Shown here: positions 62,806 through 64,000 of the stretch, in pieces
Position numbering within the stretch: the first letter of the stretch is position 1
Layout: each line of letters starts with the position of its first letter
Assembly: GCA_963762985.1 (NCBI GenBank)
Contig: CAVXMK010000014.1
Span: 282,625 to 346,624, forward strand
Direction of reading: 5' to 3'
Source: an uncultured Chloroflexia bacterium
GTDB lineage: Bacteria > Chloroflexota > Chloroflexia > Thermomicrobiales > UBA6265
DNA: 64,000 nt
Notes under the pieces: model-generated
What the model was told of the DNA's origin: nothing
Database searches by the model: none
Seen by the model: only the letters and a program-made list of their open reading frames with translations
Made by a program: the position numbers and the translations under genes

Positions 62806-63258
62806 TCAGGTGTCGTGCGTGGGAACCACAACGACCGGCGCCGGCGCTCGCCCCACGACGCCGTCGGCCACGCTCCCCAGAGCCTCGTGCGGGCCGTGAC
62901 GGCCGGCGGCGGCAATCACGACGAGGTCGCCGGGACGAATGGCCATGAGAAGCTGGCGGCGGGCATCCCCAACGCGGATTTCAGTCGTGACCGTCAGATC
63001 CTGTTTGCTCAAGTGCGCGTCAACCCGCTCCAGATACTCGCGCGCCATCGTCTCTGCCGCCACGAACTCTCGCGCGATCGGCTCGATTCCCGCCGCTTGG
63101 GGCAGGTCGGGCAGGTCCGCGGCGTCGACGATGCGGACGAGATGGAGCGGCAGCGCGAACCGGCGGGCCAACTCCGCTCCAAGCGGCAGCGCCCGCTCTG
63201 CTGCTTCGGAACCATCCAACGGCGCCACGATACGTCGGTAGCTGGGCGCACGTTTCAT
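62806..63258 (-). CDS. Universal stress protein (UspA family)
   Basis: AAGGAGAGG precedes ATG 63258. YRRIVAPLDGSEAAERAL..., C-terminal GSVADGVVGRAPAPVVVV. Confidence 0.85.
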   Translation of the reverse strand: MKRAPSYRRIVAPLDGSEAAERALPLGAELARRFALPLHLVRIVDAADLPDLPQAAGIEPIAREFVAAETMAREYLERVDAHLSKQDLTVTTEIRVGDARRQLLMAIRPGDLVVIAAAGRHGPHEALGSVADGVVGRAPAPVVVVPTHDT

Positions 63259-63599
63259 CTGCTGCCTCTCCTTGCGCCGTCGTTCTGGGGGAGGGTCCGC
63301 GGATCCGGGAACCTGGCAGACCGCGCGAGTCCTTGGCTCCACTCTGACGAACGCTCACCGCGCTGACCTCGTCCGGATGGGTGATCTCGGTGGGTGATTC
63401 CGGTGCGATTCGCGAACCAGTTGCTTCGGTGCTGACGAGGACCGCGGAGAGGGTCCGGAACCGGCACGTCGCCGGGACGGGAGCCTGCAAACTCGACGGC
63501 GTCGTCGCATCCGGCGCCGTCCGCGGCGGTAAACTGCCGCGGGCTATCGCCGCCGCGTCGCCCGATCCTTCCGATTACCGCGCTTGTCAGGAGACGAGC

Positions 63600-64000
63600 A
63601 TGACCGTGGGCGACACAACGACCGAACTCCCCCTCAATCTCCACGAGTACGAGGCGGCGGCGCGCATGCTGCTCGCCCCCATGACACTCGACTACATCAA
63701 CGGCGGCTCCTGCGACGAGGTGACGGTGCGCGCCAACCGCACCGCGTTCGACCGTTGGCGGTTCGTGCCCAGGGTGCTGCGTGGCCTTCGCGACGTGTCG
63801 ACGGCGACCACGGTACTCGGGCAGGAGATTTCCCTGCCGGTACTGATCGCTCCCTCCGGCATGCACCGCCTGGCCCACGACGCGGGCGAACGCGCCACCT
63901 CCCACGGCGCCTGGGGCGCGGGCACGATCTACACAATGAGCACTGCCGCCACCGTCCCCATGGAGGAGATCGGACGGGAAGGCGGGCCGTGGTGGTTCCA
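63600..64000 (+). CDS. FMN-dependent alpha-hydroxy-acid oxidase/dehydrogenase (glycolate/lactate oxidase family); 3' end outside the window
   Basis: Absent from the ORF track because there is no stop in the window. Hand translation from ATG 63600 (after GGAGA): ..LNLHEYEAAARMLLAPMTLDYINGGSCDEVTVRANRTAFDRWRFVPRVLRG..ISLPVLIAPSGMHRLAH. Confidence 0.85.
   Translation, partial: MTVGDTTTELPLNLHEYEAAARMLLAPMTLDYINGGSCDEVTVRANRTAFDRWRFVPRVLRGLRDVSTATTVLGQEISLPVLIAPSGMHRLAHDAGERATSHGAWGAGTIYTMSTAATVPMEEIGREGGPWWF

Overview
This is a high-GC bacterial chromosomal window (roughly 68-70% by eye) with strong GGAGG-type ribosome-binding sites and unusually frequent twin-arginine (RR) leaders. The lineage is a guess from gene content only: Chloroflexota/Thermomicrobia-like or Actinomycetota. 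About 60 genes can be supported.

Housekeeping and accessory content:
- Two family-5 ABC substrate-binding proteins, one with DppB/DppC-like permeases.
- A DrrAB-like ABC-2 exporter.
- A type IB topoisomerase.
- Tandem EamA/DMT transporters and tandem alpha/beta hydrolases.
- A ZIP metal transporter, a sulfotransferase, an LLM-class oxidoreductase and two methyltransferases.
- IclR and ArsR regulators, two LuxR-AAA-TPR regulators, and a universal stress protein.
- A partial FMN-dependent alpha-hydroxy-acid oxidase at the 3' edge.

Most unusual signal: eleven otherwise unrelated proteins share one N-terminal design. It consists of an RR leader, a hydrophobic core ending in an AxA-type site, then a polycationic K/R/N/G tail of 10 to about 75 residues. 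Different payloads follow the tail:
- Two very large pentapeptide-repeat plus Stig1-like cysteine-module proteins at 2008-3792 and 6035-9088. An intact single-ORF IS66-family element with an 8-bp target duplication lies between them.
- A four-gene operon of small Gly/Ser/Thr/Pro-rich, partly collagen-like proteins at 12393-14677.
- A translationally coupled operon of three NHL beta-propellers plus a knottin-like protein at 43620-47914.
- A truncated hemoglobin at 35108-35635.

I know of no described sorting signal that matches this design.

The window is also dense in several families of intergenic palindromic or microsatellite-like elements. These include 8-nt and 7-nt tandem arrays that abut stop codons, GTCATGCTGAGC palindromes, and a GGGTGCCCTCTGGGCGGCGG-core element. 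One core-element pair is carried in frame inside a permease gene.

Eight genes are broken by indels or a nonsense codon, not counting a 5'-truncated DUF2231-like remnant at 35744-35941, and the breaks are clustered. Three of the broken genes are consecutive catabolic genes, and one regulator carries three +1 shifts. I found no rRNA, tRNA or CRISPR.

All family assignments come from motif recognition by eye and were not confirmed by any search.
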